The notes under the pieces are model-generated. The model saw only the letters and a program-made list of their open reading frames with translations, made no database searches and was not told the DNA's origin. This document shows positions 41,926 through 51,694 of a stretch of DNA of 64,000 nucleotides, piece after piece. Within the stretch, counting starts at the first letter, position 1. Every line of letters starts with the position of its first letter. The translations under genes and the position numbers were made by a program. This DNA is from Clostridia bacterium. Lineage in GTDB: Bacteria > Bacillota > Clostridia > UMGS1883 > UMGS1540. The stretch is from the NCBI GenBank assembly GCA_045533905.1, contig JAZSIR010000016.1, positions 56,811 to 120,810 on the forward strand, read 5' to 3'.

Positions 41926-42009
41926 GCGAGTGTGCTGGAACTGGCAGACAGGCACGTTTGAGGGGCGTGTGCTTATGGCGTACGGGTTCAAGTCCCGTCA
42001 CTCGCACCA
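41926..42009 (+). tRNA. tRNA-Leu(GAG)
   Basis: GCGAGTG/CACTCGC acceptor stem, anticodon loop ttGAGgg, variable arm, GGTTCAAGTCC T-arm, encoded CCA. Confidence 0.96.
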
Positions 42010-42040
42010 AAAATCCCCGTTCGGAAGAACGGGGATTTTT
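42010..42040 (+). terminator. Terminator after tRNA
   Basis: AAAATCCCCGTTC-ggaa-GAACGGGGATTTT. Confidence 0.85.
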
Positions 42041-42068
42041 ACGTATACGGATATACGGAGGAGAAGGC

Positions 42069-43298
42069 ATGGAGAAGAACTTTCGGCGTATTAAGTGCGC
42101 CTGTTATATGACGAATATATGTATGTCCATCATTGCGAATATTTCAGCGGTGCTTCTTTTGCCGTTCCATACGCTCTATGGCATTTCTTTTTCGCTTCTC
42201 GGGCTTTTGGTGCTTATAAATTTTGTAACCCAGCTTTCTGTGGATTTGATTTTTTCTTTCTTTTCGCATAAGTTTAATATTGAAAAAACCGTAAAATTCA
42301 CGCCGCTCTTAACGCTGCTCGGCCTTTTGGTGTATGCGGCCTGGCCTATGGCATTTCCAAACGCGGCATACCCCGGCCTTGTCCTCGGCACAATTATCTT
42401 TGCCGCGGCAGGAGGGCTTGGCGAAGTGCTGATAAGCCCCGTGATTGCCGCCCTCCCCGCAGTGGATACGGAACGGGAGATTAGTAAGCTTCATTCTGTG
42501 TATGCTTGGGGCGTTGTACTTGTCATCGCCATAAGCACTGTGTTTTTGCACTTTTTCGGGGTGGAAAGCTGGCAGAAGCTTATCTTTTTACTGCTTGTAT
42601 TCCCGCTTTTAGCATTGCTACTTTTTTTTGGCACAAAGCTTCCCAAAATGGAAACGCCGGAGAAGGTATCGGGCGCTTTGTCGCTTCTTCGAAATCGTGG
42701 TCTCTGGCTTTGCCTTGCGGCAATGTTTTTGGGTGGCGCGGCAGAGTGCACGATGGGGCAGTGGGCGTCGGGGTATCTCGAAGGCGCACTCGGTATCCCC
42801 AAAGTCTGGGGGGATTTATTCGGGGTGGCGCTTTTCTCCGTCATGCTCGGTCTCGGGCGTTCTCTGTACGGAAAGTACGGCAAAAACCCCGGAAGGATTC
42901 TGTTTTTAGGGAGCCTTGGCACAGCTGTTTGCTACTGTATCTGCGCGGTGGTTTCTGTACCTTTTGTGGCACTTTTGGCGTGCGCCGCTACAGGCTTTTT
43001 TGTTTCCATGCTCTGGCCGGGTAGTCTTATCGTCGCGTCTGACCGATTCCCGAGCGGAGGCGTATTCGTTTTTGCCATGATGGCCGCCGGTGGCGACTGC
43101 GGCGCATCTTTTGGGCCGCAGCTTGTAGGCGTTATCACAGATGCCGCGCTTAAAAATCCTGTGCTTTTGCGCGTGGCCGAATCCTTGCAGCTTATGCCCG
43201 AGGAACTGGGGCTTAAGCTCGGGATGCTTTTGGGCATGCTGTTTCCGCTTTTGGCCGCGCCCGTGTATTTTAAAATATGGAAAAAGGAAAGGGAGTAG
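42069..43298 (+). CDS. MFS transporter
   Basis: About 12 hydrophobic helices; start adjusted to ATG after GGAGG (longer ORF overlaps the tRNA). Confidence 0.85.
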   Translation: MEKNFRRIKCACYMTNICMSIIANISAVLLLPFHTLYGISFSLLGLLVLINFVTQLSVDLIFSFFSHKFNIEKTVKFTPLLTLLGLLVYAAWPMAFPNAAYPGLVLGTIIFAAAGGLGEVLISPVIAALPAVDTEREISKLHSVYAWGVVLVIAISTVFLHFFGVESWQKLIFLLLVFPLLALLLFFGTKLPKMETPEKVSGALSLLRNRGLWLCLAAMFLGGAAECTMGQWASGYLEGALGIPKVWGDLFGVALFSVMLGLGRSLYGKYGKNPGRILFLGSLGTAVCYCICAVVSVPFVALLACAATGFFVSMLWPGSLIVASDRFPSGGVFVFAMMAAGGDCGASFGPQLVGVITDAALKNPVLLRVAESLQLMPEELGLKLGMLLGMLFPLLAAPVYFKIWKKERE

Positions 43299-43299
43299 A

Positions 43300-44175
43300 C
43301 TATTTTTTGCGGATATAGTCATAGGCCGCACCTGTGCTGAACCCTTCGCCCACAACCTCGCGCGCATCGGAAACGATGATAAAGGCCGCGGGGTCTTTTT
43401 GTCTCACAAGATGGAGAAGGGAGGGAAGCTCTTTTGGGCTTACCACGGATAAAAGCATAAGCGTGTTTTCGCCCGTGTACATGCCGCGGCTGTAAATGCC
43501 CGTGATGCCGCGTGCAAATTCCGTTTGAATGCTTTCTGCGATTTTTTCGGTCTTTTCCGAAAGAATGTAAATAGACTTTGCGGCCTCGCCGAAGGCAAGC
43601 ACCGCGTCTGCCGTTTTCATGGCAATAAACAGAACGCCGATGGAATAGATGGTAACAGTAAGGCTTTGAAAGAAGAGCCCGGATATGGCGATGATGGCGC
43701 AGTCAATCCCCATAATAAAAAGGGGGACGGAAATGTGCGGAAAAAGGCGGTGGAGAATAAGCGCCGCAAAATCACTGCCGCCTGTGGAAGCTTCCACGCG
43801 AACGACAAGCCCCGTCCCAACGCCTACCAAAACGCCGCCGGAAAGTGCGGCCGCTACCATATCTTCCCGAAATGGAGAAAGAGTTTCGAAAAAAGTAAGT
43901 GCGAGGGAGAAGGAAAGAATCCCAAGGAGCGTTTTAAAAACCGATTGCCGCCCTAAAAATTTGTAGCCTGCCAGAAACAGAATTCCGTTTATGAAAAGTG
44001 TAGTGACTGACATCGGAACTTTCAAAAAGTATAAAAGAAGCGTGCCGATAGAGCTTACGCCGCCGGCACCCATGCGTGAGGGCGCCAAAAATACGGCGAG
44101 CCCAAAGGCAAGAAAAAAGGAGCCCAGAATAACCACAATATATTCCCTAAATTTGTTTTTTTGTATTGCCGGCAT
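43300..44175 (-). CDS. YitT family membrane protein
   Basis: GGVS, STGGSD, D..AF..V...REV.GEGF (DUF2179). Confidence 0.9.
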   Translation of the reverse strand: MPAIQKNKFREYIVVILGSFFLAFGLAVFLAPSRMGAGGVSSIGTLLLYFLKVPMSVTTLFINGILFLAGYKFLGRQSVFKTLLGILSFSLALTFFETLSPFREDMVAAALSGGVLVGVGTGLVVRVEASTGGSDFAALILHRLFPHISVPLFIMGIDCAIIAISGLFFQSLTVTIYSIGVLFIAMKTADAVLAFGEAAKSIYILSEKTEKIAESIQTEFARGITGIYSRGMYTGENTLMLLSVVSPKELPSLLHLVRQKDPAAFIIVSDAREVVGEGFSTGAAYDYIRKK

Positions 44176-44320
44176 AAACACACCTCCCGTCATTTAGAAG
44201 TATAACGCAAAAAGAGAAGAATTATTAGCAAGTTTTTCAAAGGAAAACCTTGCTATTTTCATGTAACTGTGATATAATACTTCCATTAAATTTTGAAGTA
44301 CACGAGAGGATGAACGGAAT

Positions 44321-45298
44321 ATGAGCAATATGCGACCGGATTCTATGGAAAGAATAACAACAAAAGCATTGGCCGATGCTTTTATTGAAAAAGAAAGCGA
44401 AGCCATCCGCGCACAGGTAGGGGATAAGAAAGTACTTTTGGCGCTTTCTGGCGGGGTGGACTCTTCTGTAGTTGCCGCCCTTCTTCATAAGGTAATCGGC
44501 AAGCAGCTTTACTGCGTGCACGTAAACCACGGCCTTCTCCGCAAGGGCGAGCCGGAACAGGTAGTAGAAGTGTTCCAGAACCAGATGGATGTAAACCTTA
44601 TTTATGTAGATGCAGCCGACCGCTTCCTCGATAAACTCGCAGGCGTAGCAGAACCTGAACAGAAGCGCAAGATTATCGGTGCAGAATTTATCCGCGTATT
44701 TGAAGAAGAAGCCAGAAAGCTCTCCGGCATTTCCTTCCTCGCACAGGGCACCATTTACCCTGATATTTTGGAAAGCGGTCCCGTAAAGGCACACCACAAT
44801 GTGGGCGGTCTTCCGGAAGACTTGCAGTTTGAACTCGTAGAACCCCTTCGCCTTTTGTATAAGGACGAAGTTCGCGTTGTCGGTACCGCTCTCGGTCTTC
44901 CCGAAAGCATGGTATACCGTCAGCCGTTCCCGGGTCCCGGTCTTGGCGTTCGTTGCCTCGGTGCCATCACGCGTGACCGTCTCGAAGCTGTTCGCGAATC
45001 CGATGCAATTTTGCGCGAAGAATTCGCAAAGAATGGCCTTGAAGGCAAGGTATGGCAATACTTCACTGCTGTGCCGGATATTAAATCCGTAGGCGTTTCG
45101 AACGATGCTCGCACCTATGCATACCCCGTAATCATCCGCGCCGTCAACACGGTCGATGCGATGACCGCAGAAATCGAAGAAGTTCCCTTCTCCGTCTTAA
45201 AGCATATCACCGAACGCATCACGCACGAAGTTCCGGGCGTAAACCGCGTTCTCTATGACCTTACACCGAAGCCTACAGGCACCATCGAGTGGGAATGA
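44321..45298 (+). CDS. guaA: GMP synthase, ATP-pyrophosphatase and C-terminal domains only
   Basis: [41 protein letters not shown]; no glutaminase domain. Confidence 0.93.
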   Translation: MSNMRPDSMERITTKALADAFIEKESEAIRAQVGDKKVLLALSGGVDSSVVAALLHKVIGKQLYCVHVNHGLLRKGEPEQVVEVFQNQMDVNLIYVDAADRFLDKLAGVAEPEQKRKIIGAEFIRVFEEEARKLSGISFLAQGTIYPDILESGPVKAHHNVGGLPEDLQFELVEPLRLLYKDEVRVVGTALGLPESMVYRQPFPGPGLGVRCLGAITRDRLEAVRESDAILREEFAKNGLEGKVWQYFTAVPDIKSVGVSNDARTYAYPVIIRAVNTVDAMTAEIEEVPFSVLKHITERITHEVPGVNRVLYDLTPKPTGTIEWE

Positions 45299-45375
45299 CA
45301 AATTGCGGAGCAAAAACCGCATAACTACGCCGTTTTCGGGCATTTTCAAATGAAAATGGCAACGATTTGGCAACA
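45286..45375 (+). repeat. attL: core plus arm-type repeat
   Basis: CGAGTGGGAAT core; TGGCAACGATTTGGCAACA at 45357-45375. Confidence 0.8.
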
Positions 45376-45392
45376 TTAAATACTAAAAATTT

Positions 45393-45424
45393 AGAGCTAA
45401 CTGATTTTGATATCAGTTAGCTCT
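45393..45424. terminator. Bidirectional hairpin
   Basis: AGAGCTAACTGAT-6nt-ATCAGTTAGCTCT; second copy at 47773-47804. Confidence 0.8.
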
Positions 45425-45438
45425 TTATTAATGAGACT

Positions 45439-46185
45439 TTAAGGCGTTTTTTTGTTTAGGTTAAATGCTACATTAAGATCAATTCCTATTAAATCCTGAT
45501 TTCTTTTCGCAAAGTTTTCTAATGCGTCATAATGACTTTTTGAATCAGTTAGATCTAATACAACAGAGTACTTGTGTAATGTTTTATCCTGCTTTTGTTT
45601 AAAGTCAAATAATTCTTCATAAATTAAAGCTATCAAGCTGATTGAATTAATAAGTCGCATTTTTGAAATATGGTTTTGAGTTAGGTCTTTAGTGTCAAGT
45701 ACGCCGGTTAAGTTGTTATCCATTTTTAATAGAAGATTTACAGCTTTGTTTAGATAGTATTCGACTTCAATAGCATAAAACTCCGACATAAGTGCTTCTT
45801 GTCTCAAATTAACAGTTGAATAGTTTTTAAGTTTTTTATTAAATGTTTCCGCGGACATAATCATATAACATATTTCGTCATCAAACATTTCTACTAGTTC
45901 TTTTGTGTTTAGAACTCTTCGTGATATCTCCTCAGCTCGCTTGACTTTAATCTTTTCCACAGTAAAAAGAATTATAGGGATGATAATACCACAACTCGCA
46001 ATAACGATCCACAGAACATGAGGCGTTTCTTGTTCGCCAACACTTCTGTCTAAAACAAAGGCAAGTAAAACCAAAAAAACATCGACAACTAAAGACCAAT
46101 TAGCTGCATTGTTGCCAATGACTTTTCTTTTTATATATTTTACATCATTGCGCATCTGAATTATTTTCCAATCGTTAATATTCAA
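45439..46185 (-). CDS. Hypothetical membrane protein (2 TM)
   Basis: Long AT-rich ORF, two hydrophobic helices; AGGAGG RBS before TTG 46185. Confidence 0.75.
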   Translation of the reverse strand: MNINDWKIIQMRNDVKYIKRKVIGNNAANWSLVVDVFLVLLAFVLDRSVGEQETPHVLWIVIASCGIIIPIILFTVEKIKVKRAEEISRRVLNTKELVEMFDDEICYMIMSAETFNKKLKNYSTVNLRQEALMSEFYAIEVEYYLNKAVNLLLKMDNNLTGVLDTKDLTQNHISKMRLINSISLIALIYEELFDFKQKQDKTLHKYSVVLDLTDSKSHYDALENFAKRNQDLIGIDLNVAFNLNKKTP

Positions 46186-46224
46186 ATATACCACCTCCTA
46201 ATAGTTTATGTAAAATCCGTTAAT

Positions 46225-46761
46225 TTAATGATATTTAGCAAATTCTTGTATTTTCTTAGTACATTTTTTAAGGTCTTTAATATCTGTATTATTATAGTTT
46301 TGTGAAATCAGTAACTTTTCATCTTTGATTACATCATAATACGGGGTCCCTGCAGCTTCAGCACCTGAGCTAAGCTCATAATTTTTGCATATTTCATCAA
46401 AAAGCTTTAGCACTTCATTGTTTTTGTACTTTTTGAGTAAAGAATGTATAACAGAAAAAACTTTTTTTGCCTTACGTCTATGTATCTTCCATAAAGGTTT
46501 AACTGTTTTTTGATCATAATTAAAATAATATTTTTTACTAACTGCTGTAACTAGATTATTAATCGTTGTTTTATGCCATTTATGGAGCTTCGAATTTATT
46601 AGTTTCTTTCCTCGTTTGTAAGCGTCTTTGGTGGATAATTCGTGCTCTTCGGAATAAGATTTTTCCCCAATAAAAGTGATAATGTCATATAGTCCTTTGT
46701 TTTTGAAATTAGACTTTTTGCCATCCATATATACGGAAATATATTGACCCATATAATTCAT
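46225..46761 (-). CDS. Hypothetical basic protein
   Basis: 178-aa ORF with GAGGAG RBS; no recognisable motif. Confidence 0.65.
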   Translation of the reverse strand: MNYMGQYISVYMDGKKSNFKNKGLYDIITFIGEKSYSEEHELSTKDAYKRGKKLINSKLHKWHKTTINNLVTAVSKKYYFNYDQKTVKPLWKIHRRKAKKVFSVIHSLLKKYKNNEVLKLFDEICKNYELSSGAEAAGTPYYDVIKDEKLLISQNYNNTDIKDLKKCTKKIQEFAKYH

Positions 46762-46926
46762 CTCCTCGTAATTTTCCTTATCAATAATATTTTACAACAA
46801 ATATTCAAAAAAATAAAGAGTTTTTGTCAAATTCAGTAGTTTGTTCTTAAAAATTATTGAAAATTGTAGTATAAAGGTGTATAATAGTGTGTATTAGTAA
46901 CGGGAATATTCGAAAGGAGTCGGGAT

Positions 46927-47640
46927 ATGGGGATATTTCAAAACTCATGGTTTATTGGTATAGCAACAGGAATTATTAGTGGTGTTCTTGTGTTTTTTAT
47001 TACTAAGTTTTTTATGAATAAAAAGGACAAGACTGAGTATTATCAAAATGTTAAGAATGCTAACGACAGAGTTATTGCTGCGTTGAAACCTTATATAGCA
47101 GATAAAGGGCTACCTGTGCCCGAAGTGTTTGATTCATTGATAAAATCTACAGCCAGAACATATCAAGTCCAACAAGAAGATATGTTTTCTATTGAAAATT
47201 ATTGCGAAGAACTCATAAGAGAGATAATCAGTGACGTGTATGTTTCAAACGATAAGAAAGAACAATATACAAATTCACTTGCTGATTATAAGAGTGAGAG
47301 TTTGAAAACAAAAATAGATGTCAAATCGGAAAAGGCGATTAGCGATATTAAATTAAGTGAAATGAAATCAAAGTACAACAGTCGTTTAAGTTTGTATTTA
47401 TCAATGTTTGTGGCTTTGTTTGGAAGTTTTGCAACGTCAATAATACTGATGTCTGATATGTTCGACAGTTTCAGCATTTCGTCTAATTATTTATTTTTAA
47501 TTCCTATATTGATTTTAGCATTTGTCATGGTGGTTTTAGTGATGTTTAGATTTACGGAAGTTGTTTTTCGAAGGGTGAAAGAAAGAAATGCTGATGACGA
47601 GAACAATAATATTAACGATTTAAGTGATAAAAGCAATTAA
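46927..47640 (+). CDS. Hypothetical membrane protein (N-terminal TM and two C-terminal TM)
   Basis: AAGGAG RBS, upstream TTG..TATAAT promoter, hydrophobic helices. Confidence 0.75.
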   Translation: MGIFQNSWFIGIATGIISGVLVFFITKFFMNKKDKTEYYQNVKNANDRVIAALKPYIADKGLPVPEVFDSLIKSTARTYQVQQEDMFSIENYCEELIREIISDVYVSNDKKEQYTNSLADYKSESLKTKIDVKSEKAISDIKLSEMKSKYNSRLSLYLSMFVALFGSFATSIILMSDMFDSFSISSNYLFLIPILILAFVMVVLVMFRFTEVVFRRVKERNADDENNNINDLSDKSN

Positions 47641-47663
47641 ATTGGTTTAAACTGATTATTTTG

Positions 47664-47804
47664 TGGCAACACAGTTATAACATTTATAGAAGTAAAGACC
47701 GCATATAAAAATCGCTTGTAGCACTTTTGGAAGTTGAATGACAACAAATTGGAAACATTTGAATAGAAAAAAAGAGCTAACTGATTATATAATCAGTTAG
47801 CTCT
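47664..47804 (+). repeat. Degenerate internal att site (copy of attL flank)
   Basis: ACCGCATA, TGACAAC..TGGAAACA and the hairpin are colinear with 45316-45424 (offset ~2382). Confidence 0.75.
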
Positions 47805-47813
47805 TTTTTGTGT

Positions 47814-48137
47814 TTATTTTAATTTCAGATATGAAGAATTTAATCTGTCTAAAAATTTTGTTTCCCTCTCTTCGTTTATACTCAACACAGTTAAATCGAC
47901 AGGAAGTTCAAATTCTTTTTCCAATACAGAAGATATTGCAATTAAATCCTGCTGTATTTTATAACTATACTCCGAATAAATTAAAAGAATATCAATGTCA
48001 TTTGGGATAGTGTTATTATTTAACATAGAACCAAACAAATAAACATTATCGAAAGATTTAAATAAGAATATATTTCTTTTAATATACTCGGTTAGATTGT
48101 TAATTCTTGATCTCGTTGATGTATCCATAAAAAGCAT
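47814..48137 (-). CDS. Minimal nucleotidyltransferase (MNT, Pol beta-like)
   Basis: VYLFGS...NDIDILLIY and VDL motifs, ~105 aa. Confidence 0.85.
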   Translation of the reverse strand: MLFMDTSTRSRINNLTEYIKRNIFLFKSFDNVYLFGSMLNNNTIPNDIDILLIYSEYSYKIQQDLIAISSVLEKEFELPVDLTVLSINEERETKFLDRLNSSYLKLK

Positions 48138-49245
48138 CCATGTCCAATAGTTTTACATTAATTTCGTCAGAAAACTCATAAGCTTCTTTCGAAATACTAA
48201 GGTGTCCGTTCCAATTATGTAAATTAACAATGATACAGTTTTCTGATGGCGCTAATTGTGATAGAAAAGCTTTGCTTAGACAGTATTCATAAACAAAAAT
48301 CATATCTGTATTGTTAATGCGAATAGTCCTTAAGTTATTAACATCTAAAAAATTATATTTAATTCTTTTTGATTTAATATATTTTAGGGCGAAATTCAAG
48401 CTATCTAATCGGACATTCCATTTTCTAAAACATTTATAGTCAAAATACATTTGTCTTAGTCTTGGTGTATCACTTAAATAGACTTTTTCTGATGTGCCGG
48501 ATTCATTGATCTTAATATATGGATTATCTATTCCAATAACTATGTTTTCAAATTTACCAGTTTCAGTTAATGTTTCTATCAAAGCCTCTAAAGACTCTGT
48601 AAACGGCAATAGTGAATCATTTACAGGAGATATTCCAAATATTGAATTTATTTCTTCGGGAAAAAGGACATATCGATTTTTTTCTTCATCAAGCCTAGTT
48701 GCTTCAAATTCGTCTATATGCATAATAAAAGTTTGGATATAATGTAAATTTGAATACGATTTTTCAGTATGGCTTTGAAATAAATTCAGGTTGTTTTCCA
48801 ATAATTTTTTTAACTTTTTATTATTAATTAAAATTTTTATTTCAAATTTATTCCAAAGCTCTTTTTGCTCATTTAAATAATAGTTTTCGAATATAGATTT
48901 ATTTTCTAAAAGCAGAGGAAAAACCTCATTTTTTAGTTCTTCAAAAGAGGCAAACTTTTTGCTGAAAAACTTATCTAATTCTTCTTTTCTAACTTGTTTC
49001 CAACTTAAAACTTCCTCTGGAGTAAATTCGTGCAGTTTGTCAAATTTTGTATGACAATTAGGACATAGAACTACCAAATTTTCAAATGTATTATCTGCCG
49101 TTTCACAATAAGGGTCAATATGAGCCTTTTCAATTATATCACCATTGTATTGAAACAATTCAACTTGACATTTGGGATTCATACATCTACCCATTGACTC
49201 AGCATATAATTTTCTTTTTACATTCTCTGTTATTTCTCTACTCAT
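48100..49245 (-). CDS. HNH endonuclease with C-terminal domain of unknown function
   Basis: RCMNPKC..AHI...NLVVLCPNCH zinc-HNH motif. Confidence 0.85.
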   Translation of the reverse strand: MSREITENVKRKLYAESMGRCMNPKCQVELFQYNGDIIEKAHIDPYCETADNTFENLVVLCPNCHTKFDKLHEFTPEEVLSWKQVRKEELDKFFSKKFASFEELKNEVFPLLLENKSIFENYYLNEQKELWNKFEIKILINNKKLKKLLENNLNLFQSHTEKSYSNLHYIQTFIMHIDEFEATRLDEEKNRYVLFPEEINSIFGISPVNDSLLPFTESLEALIETLTETGKFENIVIGIDNPYIKINESGTSEKVYLSDTPRLRQMYFDYKCFRKWNVRLDSLNFALKYIKSKRIKYNFLDVNNLRTIRINNTDMIFVYEYCLSKAFLSQLAPSENCIIVNLHNWNGHLSISKEAYEFSDEINVKLLDMDAFYGYINEIKN

Positions 49246-49266
49246 TTAGGCATCTCCGTTTGTTAG

Positions 49267-49716
49267 TTATTTTGTAGTGCTTTCCGGATAATTATATCTC
49301 CAACTATCGTATTCCTCTTTTGTTATTTCACCATTTCTATATTTACGGGCAACCTTATTCCATGCACGAAGCATATCGTACATAGCAAAATAAGACGAGT
49401 TTTCTCTGTCAAGTGTAAGACAGAATTCATCGTCAAGCATATTAATAGTTAATCCGTATATATCTTCTATCGCAAAAAGGGTATGCAGTACAGCGTTGTA
49501 ATTATCAAGGTCAGGCAGTTTAATTGCTTGCGGTGATACGCCGAATATTTCTGCAATATCCTTAATCATTTCATCTTTAGGTGTTCTTGCACCAATTTCG
49601 TACTGACCTACACGAGTTTCAGCGGTCTTCTCACTAAAACCGAGTTTTAATCCAAGCCATTTTTGCGTAGCTCCATGTAAGTTTCTTATAAATCTTATTC
49701 TTTCTCCAATTGCCAT
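49267..49716 (-). CDS. XRE family repressor
   Basis: IGERI...R....TQ..L.....RVGQYE.G.R.P; divergent from xis-int. Confidence 0.9.
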   Translation of the reverse strand: MAIGERIRFIRNLHGATQKWLGLKLGFSEKTAETRVGQYEIGARTPKDEMIKDIAEIFGVSPQAIKLPDLDNYNAVLHTLFAIEDIYGLTINMLDDEFCLTLDRENSSYFAMYDMLRAWNKVARKYRNGEITKEEYDSWRYNYPESTTK

Positions 49717-49818
49717 TTTATTAGCTCCATTCTTTCTATTGTCGCACTTATTATAACATATTCGTTTGAGTTAGTCAATTACTTCTAATCAATTTGATAA
49801 TAAAATTCCGAAAAACAC

Positions 49819-49877
49819 TTGACATTATCCAAAGAATAATGTATAATGACCTTGACATTAACAAATAAGATAATGTT
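49819..49877 (+). promoter_or_regulatory. xis-int promoter with tandem operator palindromes
   Basis: TTGACA-17bp-TATAAT; ACATTA..TAATGT palindromes occur twice. Confidence 0.7.
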
Positions 49878-50000
49878 ATCACATCAACACAAACCTAATT
49901 AAAGGCGATTAGATATGAAAAAATAATGATAAACAAAATAGGAGCATACAAAATTGTCGAAATGGTTTGGTTGAAATTTATTAAGATTAGGAGGAGAAAC

Positions 50001-50192
50001 ATGGAAAATTTATTTCTAACGGTTGATGAAGTACGGCAAATGCTTGGTGTTTCTAAATCCTATGCTTACAAGGTTATCCGAAAAATGAACTCGGAACTAA
50101 GGCAACAAGGATACCACACAATTGCAGGCAGAGTCAGCAAAACATACTTTCTTGAGAAAGTAAAATATCAAAAATTAGAAAGGAGTAAATAA
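50001..50192 (+). CDS. Excisionase-like HTH protein
   Basis: LTVDEV..MLGVSKS.AY..IR..N.EL; directly upstream of integrase; AGGAGG RBS. Confidence 0.8.
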   Translation: MENLFLTVDEVRQMLGVSKSYAYKVIRKMNSELRQQGYHTIAGRVSKTYFLEKVKYQKLERSK

Positions 50193-50193
50193 T

Positions 50194-51270
50194 ATGGCTA
50201 TTTACAAAGACGGTGAAAATTGGAGAGCGGTGTATCGTTACACTGACTGGACAGGAGAAAGAAAACAGACACAAAAACGAGGATTTAAAACCAAGCGTGA
50301 AGCTCAGGCTTGGGAGCGTGAACAGCTTATCAAAGCGAAAGCAGATATTGATATGACTTTCAGTAGCTTTGTTGAGCTTTACAGAACAGATTTGGGCATG
50401 CGTATTAAAGAACACACTTGGAAAACAAAGGACAGCATTATTGAAAAGAAACTGCTCCCTTATTTCGGGAAGAAAAGGTTATCGGAAATTCAGCCAAAGG
50501 ATATTATTGCTTGGCAGAATGAGATGATAAATTACCGTGATGAAAACGGAAAACCTTTTTCTCCGGTGTATCTTAAAACACTTCATAATCAGCTTAGTGC
50601 AATCCTAAATCATGCAGTAAGATTTTATGGGCTTTCGTGTAACCCTGCCGCCAAAGTCGGCAATATGGGAAAGGCAAAAAGCAAGGAAAAGCCGTTTTGG
50701 ACAAAAGAGGAGTATTTCAAATTCATTGATGAAATGATGGATAAACCATTATCATATTATGCCTTTGAAACTCTTTATTGGACAGGCATAAGACTTGGCG
50801 AATTGTTAGCATTAACACCATCGGATTTTGATTTTGAAAAGAAAACATTATCTGTATCGAAGTCATATCAAAGATTCGGTGGCAAAGATGTGGTAACTCC
50901 TCCCAAGACGGAAAACAGTATCAGAGTGATAAATATTCCTGATTTTCTCTGCGAAGAAATTCAAGAGTATTTAGATAGCTTATATGGTATTAAACCCAAC
51001 GACAGAATGTTTGTTGTAACAAAAAGCTATTTGCATCACGAAATGAACAGAGGTTCAAAAGCTGCAGGAGTAAAACGAATACCTATTCATTCCTTAAGGC
51101 ATAGCCACATTTCACATCTTATCGAATTGGGATTCTCGGCGGTAGCAATTGCCAAAAGAGTGGGACACCAGAGCATAGATATTACATATAATTATGCGCA
51201 TATGTTCCCATCTACTCAGGTTGAAATGGCAAATAAATTGGAAAATGAAAGAGGTGAATTACTTGGATAA
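50194..51270 (+). CDS. int: Tyrosine integrase (Tn916/ICEBs1-like)
   Basis: Arm-binding N-terminus (KRGFKTKREA); TGIRLGE, K, HSLRH, GH, Y catalytic set. Confidence 0.96.
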   Translation: MAIYKDGENWRAVYRYTDWTGERKQTQKRGFKTKREAQAWEREQLIKAKADIDMTFSSFVELYRTDLGMRIKEHTWKTKDSIIEKKLLPYFGKKRLSEIQPKDIIAWQNEMINYRDENGKPFSPVYLKTLHNQLSAILNHAVRFYGLSCNPAAKVGNMGKAKSKEKPFWTKEEYFKFIDEMMDKPLSYYAFETLYWTGIRLGELLALTPSDFDFEKKTLSVSKSYQRFGGKDVVTPPKTENSIRVINIPDFLCEEIQEYLDSLYGIKPNDRMFVVTKSYLHHEMNRGSKAAGVKRIPIHSLRHSHISHLIELGFSAVAIAKRVGHQSIDITYNYAHMFPSTQVEMANKLENERGELLG

Positions 51271-51589
51271 GAAATTGGATGCAAAAGGCAGATGGCGAAA
51301 CAAGGCTTCATCGTTTATGATGTCACCTGAAGAATGGAAAGATTTAGACACTCGTGTAAGATTATCAGGGCTTACAAAACAGGAATATATGATAAGACGT
51401 TTACTTGAACGTGATGTAGTTGTTCAGCCAAACACACGAGTGTTTAAGGCACTTAGGAACCAAATGACCGAAATCTTAACTGAACTCAGGCGTATTGAAA
51501 ACGGTGCAAATGTTGATGATGAACTTCTTGCTACAATAAAAACTGTTGCAGAAACATACAACGGTCTTGAAGAAAAGAAAAAGTCCTAA
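51263..51589 (+). CDS. MobC-like ribbon-helix-helix protein
   Basis: F.MSPEE...L..RV.LSGLTKQEY; TTG start after GAGGTG. Confidence 0.7.
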   Translation: MDKKLDAKGRWRNKASSFMMSPEEWKDLDTRVRLSGLTKQEYMIRRLLERDVVVQPNTRVFKALRNQMTEILTELRRIENGANVDDELLATIKTVAETYNGLEEKKKS

Positions 51590-51694
51590 AGTATCGGCAA
51601 ATACCTTAGGACAAGGAATGTGGTAAGAACCACACACCCAACAATGGTATTTTACCACATTCCTATTGATTTTTCAATAGGGAGGTGACGAAAA

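Noticed and set aside
41926-42009. tRNA-Leu as the island integration site
   Set aside because: No duplicate of its 3' end was seen; the composition shift and direct repeat map to guaA.
41916-42068. N-terminal extension of the MFS ORF
   Set aside because: Overlaps tRNA-Leu and its terminator; an RBS supports ATG 42069.
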